A stretch of DNA of 56,826 nt, taken from positions 1 to 56,826 of the IMG/VR virus record IMGVR_UViG_3300036770_001578; one strand, written 5' to 3'. Of this stretch, positions 35,333 through 44,971 are shown one piece after another. A program made the translations under genes and the position numbers. The notes beneath the pieces are model-generated. The model had not been told where the DNA came from. It did not search any database and saw only the letters and a list, made by a program, of their open reading frames with translations. Origin of the DNA: a virus (lineage: Duplodnaviria > Caudoviricetes). How positions within the stretch are numbered: the stretch's first letter is position 1; each line of letters begins with the position of its first letter.

Positions 35333-35360
35333 TTGTTTAAACATACAGTAGTTGTAGAAT
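35333..35360 (+). promoter_or_regulatory. putative promoter overlapped by SOS-box-like site
   Basis: TTGTTT-N16-TAGAAT; TTGTTTAAACATACAG at 35333-35348 contains GTTTAAAC. Confidence 0.5.
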
Positions 35361-35388
35361 GCGAGCGATATTCGCTTGGAGTCCCACG

Positions 35389-35628
35389 ATGCTATTCAAA
35401 ATATCTAAGCCTCAACAGGAAGTTTATGAGTTTATTAGAGCCTTCATGAAGATCCATGGCTTCCCTCCGACTTACGACGAAATGGAGGAAGCATTGAAGA
35501 AAAGCAGAACGACTATCAATGGACACGTGAAGAGACTGAGAGCCAAAGGATTGTTATCAATCAAGGCTGATGCTGCTAGGGGTATTAGGTTGATTGATAG
35601 GTCTGCTAAGGCTGTGGATCGACTTTGA
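35389..35628 (+). CDS. LexA N-terminal winged-HTH protein, no peptidase domain
   Basis: ISKPQQEVYEFI...HGFPPTYDEM...TINGHVKRLRAKGLL...ARGIRL; GGAG RBS before ATG 35389. Confidence 0.85.
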   Translation: MLFKISKPQQEVYEFIRAFMKIHGFPPTYDEMEEALKKSRTTINGHVKRLRAKGLLSIKADAARGIRLIDRSAKAVDRL

Positions 35629-37130
35629 GCGAACTGTTAACCAGAGAAGAACTGGAAAAATATTCAGTTCTTTTAGAGAACATTCCTGCTAACTCACCAC
35701 AGGCGGAGAAGGTTTGGAAGTTACTGAAGGCCCATAAGAGGGCCTTGTGTAGGGAAGGGTTTCTACCGTTTGTGCAGGAGGTCTGGCCTGCCTTTATCGG
35801 TGGTAAACACCACAAGATCATGGCAGATGCCTTTGAGAGGGTTGCCAGAGGGGAGCTAAAGAGGTTAATCATCAATATGCCTCCCCGCCACACGAAGAGT
35901 GAGTTTGCTTCCTATCTCTTTCCGGCATGGTTTCTGGGGTTATACCCAGAGAAGAAGATCATTCAGACTGCCCACACGGCAGAGCTAGCGGTAGGGTTTG
36001 GTAGGAAGGTTAGGAACCTGGTTGGTTCTTCTGATTATTCGCCCATCTTTCCGACCCGGCTTTCAGCCGATTCAAAAGCCGCCGGGAGGTGGAACACAAA
36101 CAAGGGCGGGGATTACTTTGCTATCGGGGTAGGTGGTGCTGTTACCGGTAAGGGTGCGGATCTTTTGATTATTGACGACCCGCACTCAGAACAAGAAGCT
36201 ATGCTCGGTAACCCTACGGTCTATGACAGGGTCTATGAATGGTATTCCTCAGGTCCCAGACAACGACTGCAGCCTGGAGGATCAATAGTCATCGTTATGA
36301 CCAGATGGTCAAAGAGAGACTTAACAGGACAGGTGATTAGCAATTCCGTTGCCAGGGACGGAGATCAGTGGGAAGTAATTGAATTGCCAGCAATACTTCC
36401 CTCAGGAAGACCCCTTTGGCCTGAGTTCTGGAAGCAGTCTGAACTGGAAGCCATTAAGGCTGAGATCCCGGTAGGGAAGTGGGAGGCACAGTATCAGCAG
36501 AACCCCACCTCAGAAGAGGGAGCGATCGTTAAGAGGGATATGTGGAGGATCTGGGAGAAAGATGACCCACCTTCTTGTGACTACATCATCCAGTCCTGGG
36601 ACACCGCTTTTGAAAAGCACAACAGGGCAGACTTCTCCGCCTGCACCACCTGGGGGATCTTCTACAAAGAGAATGAGGAAGGGCTTGAGATCGCCAACAT
36701 CATCCTTTTGGACGCCTTTAAGGAAAGAATGGAGTTCCCTGACCTTAAGAGAACCGCCATGGAGATGTACAAGGAATGGAACCCAGACACCCTCCTTGTC
36801 GAGAAAAAAGCCGCTGGGGCTCCCTTGATCTATGAAATGCGGAAGATGGGGATTCCTATGTCTGAATATACACCCTCAAAAGGTTCAGATAAGATAGCCC
36901 GTGTAAACGCTATATCAGACCTTTTTGCCTCCGGTCTGGTCTGGTGCCCCAATAAACGATGGGCGGAGGAAGTTATTGAAGAAGTTGCGAGCTTTCCCAA
37001 CGGAGACCATGACGACCTTGTGGACTCAACCAGTCAAGCCCTACTGCGGTTTCGACAGGGAGGCTTTATCCGAATCCCGTCAGACGAACCAGAAAATTAT
37101 GTTCGTCGTAAACGACCGAGGTACTACTAA
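35625..37130 (+). CDS. terL: terminase large subunit
   Basis: INMPPRHTKS, LLIIDDP, QSWDTA, FPNGDHDDLVDS. Confidence 0.95.
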   Translation: MSELLTREELEKYSVLLENIPANSPQAEKVWKLLKAHKRALCREGFLPFVQEVWPAFIGGKHHKIMADAFERVARGELKRLIINMPPRHTKSEFASYLFPAWFLGLYPEKKIIQTAHTAELAVGFGRKVRNLVGSSDYSPIFPTRLSADSKAAGRWNTNKGGDYFAIGVGGAVTGKGADLLIIDDPHSEQEAMLGNPTVYDRVYEWYSSGPRQRLQPGGSIVIVMTRWSKRDLTGQVISNSVARDGDQWEVIELPAILPSGRPLWPEFWKQSELEAIKAEIPVGKWEAQYQQNPTSEEGAIVKRDMWRIWEKDDPPSCDYIIQSWDTAFEKHNRADFSACTTWGIFYKENEEGLEIANIILLDAFKERMEFPDLKRTAMEMYKEWNPDTLLVEKKAAGAPLIYEMRKMGIPMSEYTPSKGSDKIARVNAISDLFASGLVWCPNKRWAEEVIEEVASFPNGDHDDLVDSTSQALLRFRQGGFIRIPSDEPENYVRRKRPRYY

Positions 37131-37714
37131 TGGATAGAAGGGAGTTTCTTCAGCTAACAGCAGCAGCACTTGGAATGGTGCTGATACCCGAATCGTTTGC
37201 TGGCGATAATGAGATTAGGAATGTTAGCGATCTGACCAAATATATCGAAGATCGTTATAAATGCTCCATTGGATCTCCTGGTCCTTTTGTTACAGAGGAA
37301 ATGAACCTTAAACAAGGTTTCTGGGGATCTTTTCCCAAAGAGATGCGTTACTCAGTTATCTGCTTTGTGATGGACGAGAAAGATTCAATCCAGGCGGAAA
37401 AGGCTCTCTGTCAGTACGCCAAGAATGAGTTCTCCAAGATTCCGACCGCAGAGATTATCTGGAGGGTAAAGCCAGAGTTTGAGTCCATGAAGCATTACGA
37501 GTTCGGAGAAAAGGTGGCCTCTTGGGCTGATATTGAGGACGGAAAACCTGTCCCTGAGAACACTGCTTACGACCCGGCAACAGATAACTATCGGGTTGTT
37601 TTAAACACCTACCAACTTAACCGGCTGCGTATGAGGCTAGCGGTTCCAACAGCCCATAACCAGTTTAAACACCTATTTATGCAAGAAGGCTCTGGAAGGG
37701 CCATAAGGATCTAA
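37130..37714 (+). CDS. hypothetical protein with twin-arginine-like signal
   Basis: MDRREFLQLTAAALGMVLIPESFA N-terminus. Confidence 0.7.
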   Translation: MDRREFLQLTAAALGMVLIPESFAGDNEIRNVSDLTKYIEDRYKCSIGSPGPFVTEEMNLKQGFWGSFPKEMRYSVICFVMDEKDSIQAEKALCQYAKNEFSKIPTAEIIWRVKPEFESMKHYEFGEKVASWADIEDGKPVPENTAYDPATDNYRVVLNTYQLNRLRMRLAVPTAHNQFKHLFMQEGSGRAIRI

Positions 37715-37716
37715 CC

Positions 37717-40128
37717 ATGTCTATTGAAAAATCCCTCTACCAACTACCCAAGGGCGAAGAGCTTGATTCCGCCATCCCGATCGAAATGGAAATTGAGATT
37801 GAGAAGGATGAGGAAGATGAAGAGCCAACAATCGAGGTTGAGATCAAGATAGCAACATTCGAAGAGAACCTTGCTGAAAGTATTTCTGAGAATGAACTTC
37901 TCGGAATTGCTGACGATGTCTTGGACTACGTCAGGATTGACCTTGATTCCCGCAAGGAGTGGGAGAGAACCTATGTCAAGGGGATCAAGCTTCTAGGCCT
38001 GAGGATGGATGAGAGGACAGAGCCCTGGGACGGGGCCTGTGGCGTCTTCCATCCCCTTCTTTCAGAGTCTGTGGTCAAGTTCCAAGCAGAGACAATGCTG
38101 GCGACATTCCCTGCTGTCGGCCCTGTGAAGACCAAGATTATCGGGAAGATCACCAAGGAGAAGGAAGAGTCAGCAAACCGGGTTCGTGAGGACATGAACT
38201 ATGAACTGACGGAGAAGATGGAGGAGTACCGAAGCGAGCATGAGAGGCTTCTGTGGGGTCTTCCCATCGCGGGATCAGCTTTTAAGAAGGTCTACTTTGA
38301 TCCAGACCTAAACCGCCCTGTGGCAATGTTTGTACCAGCAGAGGACATCATTGTCTCTTACGGGGCAACCGATCTGTATTCAGCGCCCCGGATCACCCAT
38401 CGGATGAAAAAGACCGAAAACGAGATCCGCAAACTGATGGCGGGAGGTTTTTATCTCTCGATAGACCTTCCGGAGCCGGATCGAATCAAGACAGACATCC
38501 AAAAGCAAAAAGATGAAGAAGACGGCATTGATGTCATCAAAGATGATCGGTACACCCTCTACGAATGCCATGTCGAGTATGACCTCCCAGGCTACGAAGA
38601 CAAGGATGAGAAGGGAAATACCACCCAGATAGCCCTCCCGTATGTCATTACGATGCTATCGACAGGGGAGGTGCTAGCGATCCGCAGGAACTACAAGGAA
38701 GATGACCCCCTGCGTAAACGCAGGATGCACTTCGTTCACTACCCCTACATCGTTGGTTTTGGGTTCTATGGCTTCGGATTGACCCATCTGGCAGGGGGTT
38801 ACGCAGAATCTGCCACCTCGATCCTCAGACAACTGGTGGATTCAGGGACCCTTTCCAATCTTCCTGGTGGATTTAAGTCAAAAGATCTGAGAACCAAGGG
38901 TGACGACACACCGATAGCACCAGGGGAGTGGAGAGATGTCGATGTTACCGGGGCCACAATCAAGGATTCCATCGTTCCTCTGCCGTATAAAGAGCCCTCA
39001 GCGACCCTCTACAGCCTCTTAGGGACGATCGTAGAGGAGGGCAGAAGGTTTGCCTCAGCCGCAGACCTAAAGATCGCTGATATGTCTGCCCAATCTCCGG
39101 TAGGGACGACCCTGGCGATCCTGGAGAGAAACCTAAAGATCATGTCTGCGGTGCAGGCCCGTATTCATGCTGCAATGAAGCATGAGTTCAAGCTGATTGC
39201 GTCCCTGATTCGGGACTACATGCCCCCGATCTACGGGTATGACAGCGGAGACTTCAAAGCTAAGGCATCGGATTACGAAAATGTCGAGGTAATCCCGGTT
39301 TCTGATCCAAACGCCAGCACTATGGCTCAGAAAGTCGTGACCTATCAGGCCGTTTTCCAGCTTGCACAGTCAGCGCCTGAGATTTATGACCTTCCGTACC
39401 TGCACAGACAGATGTTAGAGGTCATGGGGGTCCAGAACGTCGAGAAAATCATCCCATCAGAGGAGGATTCTGAGCCAAAAGACCCCGTGACTGAGAACAT
39501 GGATGTCATCAACAGCAAACCTGTGAGGGCTTTCCAGTACCAGGACCATGAGGCCCATGTGAAAGTCCACATGAACGCCATGCAGGACCCCAAATTGCAG
39601 GCAATCATGGGTCAAAACCCCAAAGCCCAAGCAATGATGGCGGCAATGCAGGCCCATATCGCGGAGCATGTGGCGTTCCAGTACCGGGTTGAGATCGAAA
39701 AAATGCTGGGGGTACCCCTACCTCCCGCAGAAGAAACACTACCGCCAGAGGTTGAGGTTGAAATCTCCAGAGCGGTTGCCATGGCATCAGACAAACTTCT
39801 GCAGAAAGACATCTCAGAAGCCCAACAGCAGCAAGCCCAACAGCAGGCGCAAGACCCTGTCATGCAGCTTCAAATGAGAGCCCAGGAGCTTAAAGAGGCT
39901 GAGTTCCAACACAAGAAGGCCATGGATGAGTCCAACCTTCAGATCCGTGTTGCCGAGATCCAAAACAAGGCTGCTATTGAAAACAAGCGGATAGATACAC
40001 ACGCAGAGATTGCGGGTGCCCAGATCGGTGCCAAAAAGACTGATACAGCTTTAGGCATTGCCAGCAAAGAAATGATTGAAGGAGCAAAGATTGGATCTAA
40101 AGGAATTTCTCAAAGCAGAAATCGTTAA
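37717..40128 (+). CDS. portal protein (P22-like)
   Basis: 803 aa after terL; GSAFKKVYFD, GFGFYGFGL, LRQLVDSGTLSNLPGGFK; Gln-rich barrel tail. Confidence 0.9.
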   Translation: MSIEKSLYQLPKGEELDSAIPIEMEIEIEKDEEDEEPTIEVEIKIATFEENLAESISENELLGIADDVLDYVRIDLDSRKEWERTYVKGIKLLGLRMDERTEPWDGACGVFHPLLSESVVKFQAETMLATFPAVGPVKTKIIGKITKEKEESANRVREDMNYELTEKMEEYRSEHERLLWGLPIAGSAFKKVYFDPDLNRPVAMFVPAEDIIVSYGATDLYSAPRITHRMKKTENEIRKLMAGGFYLSIDLPEPDRIKTDIQKQKDEEDGIDVIKDDRYTLYECHVEYDLPGYEDKDEKGNTTQIALPYVITMLSTGEVLAIRRNYKEDDPLRKRRMHFVHYPYIVGFGFYGFGLTHLAGGYAESATSILRQLVDSGTLSNLPGGFKSKDLRTKGDDTPIAPGEWRDVDVTGATIKDSIVPLPYKEPSATLYSLLGTIVEEGRRFASAADLKIADMSAQSPVGTTLAILERNLKIMSAVQARIHAAMKHEFKLIASLIRDYMPPIYGYDSGDFKAKASDYENVEVIPVSDPNASTMAQKVVTYQAVFQLAQSAPEIYDLPYLHRQMLEVMGVQNVEKIIPSEEDSEPKDPVTENMDVINSKPVRAFQYQDHEAHVKVHMNAMQDPKLQAIMGQNPKAQAMMAAMQAHIAEHVAFQYRVEIEKMLGVPLPPAEETLPPEVEVEISRAVAMASDKLLQKDISEAQQQQAQQQAQDPVMQLQMRAQELKEAEFQHKKAMDESNLQIRVAEIQNKAAIENKRIDTHAEIAGAQIGAKKTDTALGIASKEMIEGAKIGSKGISQSRNR

Positions 40129-40264
40129 AGAGCAGAACTCGCTCATTGACGCCATCGCGTTTAAACCCTGCAACGACTACCCAGCTTATCGGGAAGCCGT
40201 AGGGGAGATTCGCGGATTACAACGTGTTATCAGATACCTAGAGGATCTGCCCGATGATGATTAA
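40091..40264 (+). CDS. small head-cluster protein
   Basis: DYPAYREAVGEIRGL motif; GGAG RBS and TTG start. Confidence 0.7.
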   Translation: MDLKEFLKAEIVKEQNSLIDAIAFKPCNDYPAYREAVGEIRGLQRVIRYLEDLPDDD

Positions 40265-40604
40265 GTTGCCTGAACCAGTGGGTTACAAGATATTAATTGC
40301 GATACCCAAACTGGAAGATAAGTTTGAAAACTCCAGCCTTTTAAGACCAGAAGCGTTAGCTAGAAGAGAAGAGATCGCTACCGTTGTCGGCATGGTTATT
40401 AAGCTTGGCCCGTTAGCTTACAAAGACCTAGATAAATTCCCTGAGGGACCCTGGTGTAAGGAAGGGGATTTTGTGCTGATGCGAGCGTTTTCTGGAACCC
40501 GATTCAAGATTGCTAACGAAGAGGGTGAACAGGAGTTTCGCTTAATTAATGACGATGTCGTGGAAGGCGTTGTCGAAGACCCTCGCGGAATACTCCGCGC
40601 CTAA
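40254..40604 (+). CDS. GroES/Cpn10-like co-chaperonin
   Basis: PVGYKILI...VIKLGPLAY...PWCKEGDFV...FRLINDDVVEGVV. Confidence 0.85.
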   Translation: MMIKLPEPVGYKILIAIPKLEDKFENSSLLRPEALARREEIATVVGMVIKLGPLAYKDLDKFPEGPWCKEGDFVLMRAFSGTRFKIANEEGEQEFRLINDDVVEGVVEDPRGILRA

Positions 40605-40613
40605 GGAGAAATC

Positions 40614-41483
40614 ATGAACGAAAAGCAAGAAGAGCAGTTAGAGATTGATATCGATGAAGAGAGGTTTGAGATTATCGATGACACCCCGGAGCAGGATCGA
40701 GATAAGGGTGACCCTATAGACCCTATTAAAGCTGATATTCCTGACGATGAGATCTCTCAGTACAGCGAAAATGTCCAGAAAAGGATTAAAGACCTAAAAA
40801 GGGCCTATCACGACGAGCGCAGGGCTAAAGAGGCCCGTGAGCGAGAGCGGGAAGAGGCTCTTAATTACGCCAAACAGGTCATTGAGCAGAATAAACTCCT
40901 GCAGCAAAAGCTTTCCCAGGGTGAGCAGGTCCTGGTTGCTAGCCAAAAAGACCGGGTAACAGCCCAGCTATCTCAGGTAGAAAAGGAATACAAAGAGGCT
41001 TATGAGGCCGGTGATTCCGAGAAAATGCTGGAGGCCCAGAAAAAGCTGGCAAAGTTTGTTGCAGAGCAGCGAGAGGTAGAGACTTACCGCCCTGTTTACC
41101 AAACCCCTTTACAACCTCAAAATAATCCTGTACAAATACCCAATGTAGTACCGGATGAACGCACTCGCCGGTGGGTCCAAAGCAACCAATGGTTTGAAAC
41201 AGACCCAGTAATGAGAGGCGCCGCTTATGGTATTCACGACTCATTAGTCGCCGCAGGGTATAAAGCAGGAAGTGATGCGTATTTTCAAGAGGTGGATGCG
41301 AGAATACGCGAGGCATTTCCCCACAAATTCAGGCAATCAAAGCCTGCCAACGTAGTCAGTCCAGCTAGCAGGTCTAGCGGTACTGAGAAAATACGGATAA
41401 CGAAGAGCGCAGTTAATACAGCCAAAAGGCTGGGCGTCCCGTTAGAGGTATACGTTAAAGAAGCTGCAAAGCTTAGTAGCTAA
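40614..41483 (+). CDS. capsid scaffolding protein
   Basis: Acidic coiled coil, SENVQKRI, C-terminal AKRLGVPLEVY. Confidence 0.75.
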   Translation: MNEKQEEQLEIDIDEERFEIIDDTPEQDRDKGDPIDPIKADIPDDEISQYSENVQKRIKDLKRAYHDERRAKEAREREREEALNYAKQVIEQNKLLQQKLSQGEQVLVASQKDRVTAQLSQVEKEYKEAYEAGDSEKMLEAQKKLAKFVAEQREVETYRPVYQTPLQPQNNPVQIPNVVPDERTRRWVQSNQWFETDPVMRGAAYGIHDSLVAAGYKAGSDAYFQEVDARIREAFPHKFRQSKPANVVSPASRSSGTEKIRITKSAVNTAKRLGVPLEVYVKEAAKLSS

Positions 41484-41501
41484 CATTTGTGGAGAAATGA
41501 A

Positions 41502-41945
41502 ATGACAGATCGTATTCCCCGAGAGCTTGAAACTCGCGCAGTTAAGACTCTGAGACGCTGGCAACCCGCCACGTCACTGCCTGACCCCCAACCGCAAAAT
41601 GGTTGGAATTTTCGCTGGATTCGTGTTGCCACCAACGGCAAGACGGATGAGCAGAATTATTCCGCTAAGAGGACGGAAGGATGGGAACCCGTTAGGCCTG
41701 AAGATCACCCAGAGGTAGAGATCTTCTCCGAAGGCCAAAAATCAAATATTGAAATTGGTGGATTGGTCTTATGCAAGACCCCGGCTGAGTTCGTGCAGCA
41801 AAGAACTGATCATTATCAGAAATTTACTGCCGCTCAGACACAGTCTGTAGAAACCAATCTGATGAAAGATAGTGACCCAAGAATGCCAATGTTTAGTGAG
41901 CGTAAATCTACGACCACACGTGGCACTGGACTTAATAGGAGCTAG
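41502..41945 (+). CDS. conserved head-cluster protein
   Basis: FRWIR...EGWEPV...IGGLVLCK. Confidence 0.7.
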   Translation: MTDRIPRELETRAVKTLRRWQPATSLPDPQPQNGWNFRWIRVATNGKTDEQNYSAKRTEGWEPVRPEDHPEVEIFSEGQKSNIEIGGLVLCKTPAEFVQQRTDHYQKFTAAQTQSVETNLMKDSDPRMPMFSERKSTTTRGTGLNRS

Positions 41946-41947
41946 AA

Positions 41948-42610
41948 ATGGCATACCCCACCGTATCAAAGCCTTATGGGCTTATCCCGATCAATCTGAT
42001 CGGCGGTCAGGTTTATGCTGGAGCAACCCGGAAGCGTCGAATTGCAAGTGGTTATGGCACTTCGATCTTCTATGGTGATCTGGTTAAGCTGACTACTGAC
42101 GGAACGATCGTTCTTGCTGATGAAACCGCTACCGGGCCTTCTACGGGCTTTGCTGGCGTTTTCCTTGGTTGCAACTTTATTAATCCCTCCACCAAACAGC
42201 TTCAGTTCCAGCAGTATTATCAGGCTAACACTACCGTCCCTGCGGGTACGATTATTGAAGCCATTATCTGCGACGATCCTGATGCCCTGTTTAAAGTGGC
42301 TGTCGTTTCCGGAACCACGGTTGTTACCGGTGTTCAGTACAGCGCCATTGGCGAAAATGCTGACCTGGTTCAAAACTCTGGTGTAGCTGCAACTGGCAAC
42401 TCTCAAGTCGCCATTAATGCAACTACCGGAACTGCTAGGACTAAACCAATCCGCATCGTGGATGTTGTTCCTGACACCTCTTATGTCGATACTGGAACTG
42501 GCAATATTCTGTTCCCTGAGGTAATCGTCAAGATCAATGCTCCGTCTGTTGATGGCGATGGCGTACCGTCTGGCGGTCATATGTACAACAACCCGCTGGG
42601 TATTGCTTAA
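41948..42610 (+). CDS. capsid decoration/cement-like protein
   Basis: PYGLIP...IFYGDLVKL...GVFLGC...DDPDALF; immediately upstream of the major capsid gene. Confidence 0.65.
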   Translation: MAYPTVSKPYGLIPINLIGGQVYAGATRKRRIASGYGTSIFYGDLVKLTTDGTIVLADETATGPSTGFAGVFLGCNFINPSTKQLQFQQYYQANTTVPAGTIIEAIICDDPDALFKVAVVSGTTVVTGVQYSAIGENADLVQNSGVAATGNSQVAINATTGTARTKPIRIVDVVPDTSYVDTGTGNILFPEVIVKINAPSVDGDGVPSGGHMYNNPLGIA

Positions 42611-42621
42611 GGAGCTAAATC

Positions 42622-43533
42622 ATGGCTGCTATTTCACGCGCACAGATGTTAAAGGAACTCCTCCCAGGGCTTAATGCTCTGTTTGGTCTGGAGTATGCAA
42701 AGTATGGAGAAGAGCACAAAGAGATTTTCGAAACGGAAACCTCTGAGCGTTCTTTTGAAGAGGAAACCAAGCTGTCCGGTTTTTCTGCCGCTCCGGTAAA
42801 GAACGAAGGTGCTGCAATTGCGTATGACAACGCGCAAGAGGCATGGACCGCTCGTTATGATCACGAGACCATCTCCCTTGGTTTCTCGATCACCGAAGAG
42901 GCAATTGAGGATAACCTCTATGACAGCCTGTCTTCCCGTTACACCAAGGCCCTGGCTCGTTCTATGGCCTACACCAAGCAGATTAAGGCTGCGAACATCC
43001 TGAACAACGGATTTTCGGCTTCCTTCCCTGGTGGTGACGGTGTATCGCTCTTCAACACCCAGCACCCCTTGGTGTCTGGTGGTGTCAACAGCAACACTCC
43101 CGCCACCCCGGCTGACCTGAATGAGACTTCTCTTGAGAACGCCGTCATTCAGATCTCTCTGTGGACGGATGAGCGTGGTCTGCTGATCGCTGCCAAGCCC
43201 AAGAAGCTGATCGTCCCCACCGGCCTGCGATTCGTTGCCAAGCGTCTGCTTGACACCGAACTGCGTGTTGCAACTGCCGACAACGATTTGAACGCCCTGA
43301 AGTCGCTCAATTCGATTCCTGAAGGCTTTGCAATCAACCACTTCCTGACTGACCCGAATGCCTGGTTCCTGACCACGGATGTTCCCAACGGTATGAAGCA
43401 CTTTGTGCGGATTCCGCTGTCGAACTCTATGGACGGGGATTTTGACACCGGTAACGTCCGGTATAAGGCCCGTGAGCGTTATTCCTTCGGATTCTCCGAT
43501 CCGTTGGGAATGTTTGGCTCTCCGGGAGCGTAA
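42622..43533 (+). CDS. major capsid protein (Mu gpT-like HK97 fold)
   Basis: ISRAQMLKELLPGLNALFGLEY...DFDTGNVRYKARERYSFGFSDP. Confidence 0.92.
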   Translation: MAAISRAQMLKELLPGLNALFGLEYAKYGEEHKEIFETETSERSFEEETKLSGFSAAPVKNEGAAIAYDNAQEAWTARYDHETISLGFSITEEAIEDNLYDSLSSRYTKALARSMAYTKQIKAANILNNGFSASFPGGDGVSLFNTQHPLVSGGVNSNTPATPADLNETSLENAVIQISLWTDERGLLIAAKPKKLIVPTGLRFVAKRLLDTELRVATADNDLNALKSLNSIPEGFAINHFLTDPNAWFLTTDVPNGMKHFVRIPLSNSMDGDFDTGNVRYKARERYSFGFSDPLGMFGSPGA

Positions 43534-43537
43534 AAAG

Positions 43538-43567
43538 AGGGAACCTTCGGGTTCCCTTTTTTCTTTT
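43538..43567 (+). terminator. intrinsic terminator after capsid gene
   Basis: AGGGAACC-ttcg-GGTTCCCT followed by T-rich tract. Confidence 0.85.
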
Positions 43568-43587
43568 AAGCGTTTAAACTTGCGTTA

Positions 43588-43656
43588 CTAGGATTTACCA
43601 CCCGTACCGACTGACCTAGCAGACATAGTAGAGACAGTACGGGGATGTGCTACTAC
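43588..43656 (+). ncRNA. pseudoknotted RNA downstream of capsid gene (Mu-gpT-DE-like)
   Basis: Crossing helices CTAGG/CCTAG, CCCGTAC/GTACGGG, TAGTAG/CTACTA around GACTGACCTAGCAGAC. Confidence 0.55.
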
Positions 43657-43670
43657 ACGAAAGGATCGTC

Positions 43671-44366
43671 ATGGCACGTACTACCTTTTCTGGACCAGTC
43701 GCGTCCCTAAATGGCTTTGTAATGGGCACCCCTGAGGCCCCTTATGTAAGCTCTTCTTCGACTACCCCTGGAACCGCAACTCGCGGAGCAACCTTTACCG
43801 TTAACCCCACTGGCACATTTGGTAGCAATACCGCTACTAATCCCTCTAGTGCCCAGGGTTCTTCTGGTCAGGTTTTCGGTAGCAATCTAGCCTCTACGGC
43901 TACCTATTACATCGGTGCAACAGGTCGTTATCTGATTACCGGCACCAATGCTTCTACCTTTGCCAAGGCTGGTGTGATGGGTGTGGTTGGAAACACCACA
44001 ACCACCGCTGATGCTGCTGTTATGGCCTGGATGGACGGTGACGGTGGACTTACCACTGCCCGTGCTGGTTATGCGATCGGTATGACCCAGTCCACAGGTG
44101 GCTCTGGATTTGACTACGGTATGGACCTTGAACTGCAAGACGCTGTTGGCGGCGGTGGTTCTGTTCAGCCCTACAAGAAAGCAGAGATCCGTGTCTCCAA
44201 TGATGTTGTCGTTATGACTGGCGCAGGTGTCCCTGTTGACGGAACTACCGGCGATAACTTTGCTGGCCCTGGTTCGATGTTTGTAGATGTCACCAACGCT
44301 AACCTCTACATTCAGACCGGATTGATCACTAGCCCTGTTTGGAAGTTGGTCACCCGCGCAGCTTAA
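43671..44366 (+). CDS. virion structural protein (head fibre-like)
   Basis: MARTTFSGPV N-terminus, Thr/Gly-rich. Confidence 0.65.
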   Translation: MARTTFSGPVASLNGFVMGTPEAPYVSSSSTTPGTATRGATFTVNPTGTFGSNTATNPSSAQGSSGQVFGSNLASTATYYIGATGRYLITGTNASTFAKAGVMGVVGNTTTTADAAVMAWMDGDGGLTTARAGYAIGMTQSTGGSGFDYGMDLELQDAVGGGGSVQPYKKAEIRVSNDVVVMTGAGVPVDGTTGDNFAGPGSMFVDVTNANLYIQTGLITSPVWKLVTRAA

Positions 44367-44378
44367 TAGGAGCCGCTC

Positions 44379-44969
44379 ATGGCGATGCAATATGATGTAT
44401 GGTCAGTAACGCCAGGGGAGGATGACGATTTCTATCGTACAGCCGGTCCTATTGCTGTTGCTGGCGTTATCACCCTTGCTGCTACCACTCCCGGAATCAA
44501 TGGCTATGGTTACAAGGTAGCCATTGACTCTGATGGAAATGATGCAGGCCTTAACTTCACGATCGTTGGTCACAAGGTTGGGGAGCTAAACAAAGGGCTA
44601 ACAACAGAGGTTGTTGCTGGGCCTAATGGAGGTCCAGTCACTTCAACCAATTACTACGCCCAGGTGGTTAGCATCACCGTTAGCGGCACTTCAGCTAACA
44701 ATGTGAAGATCGGATATTCAGGAAGCTTGGCTCTTCCCAGGGTTAGGATCAAGGGTCTTTACTACCTTGCTTCTAATGCACAGGGAAGTATCTCTATTAG
44801 CTCTCCGAACTCTCCGATCCCGTTGCTGTTTATGGCAACCCCTGCTGATGACACCAAGATCTCCAGTCTTTATATGGCTGCAGAAGGAATCCTGGTCGGC
44901 AGAACGGTAGATGACTACGCTGTGGTCACCATCACCGATGTTGCTTCGGTGACTCTTATCTGCGGGTAA
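44379..44969 (+). CDS. virion structural protein
   Basis: 196 aa beta-rich, AGGAG RBS. Confidence 0.6.
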   Translation: MAMQYDVWSVTPGEDDDFYRTAGPIAVAGVITLAATTPGINGYGYKVAIDSDGNDAGLNFTIVGHKVGELNKGLTTEVVAGPNGGPVTSTNYYAQVVSITVSGTSANNVKIGYSGSLALPRVRIKGLYYLASNAQGSISISSPNSPIPLLFMATPADDTKISSLYMAAEGILVGRTVDDYAVVTITDVASVTLICG

Positions 44970-44971
44970 TC

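Noticed and set aside
40741-40776. Third hammerhead (CTGACGA...GAAA)
   Set aside because: Inside the scaffold CDS; stems I-III cannot be formed properly
41966-43401. Long minus-strand ORFs (204 and 250 aa) opposite the capsid genes
   Set aside because: Antisense shadows of codon-biased genes, with no RBS or motifs
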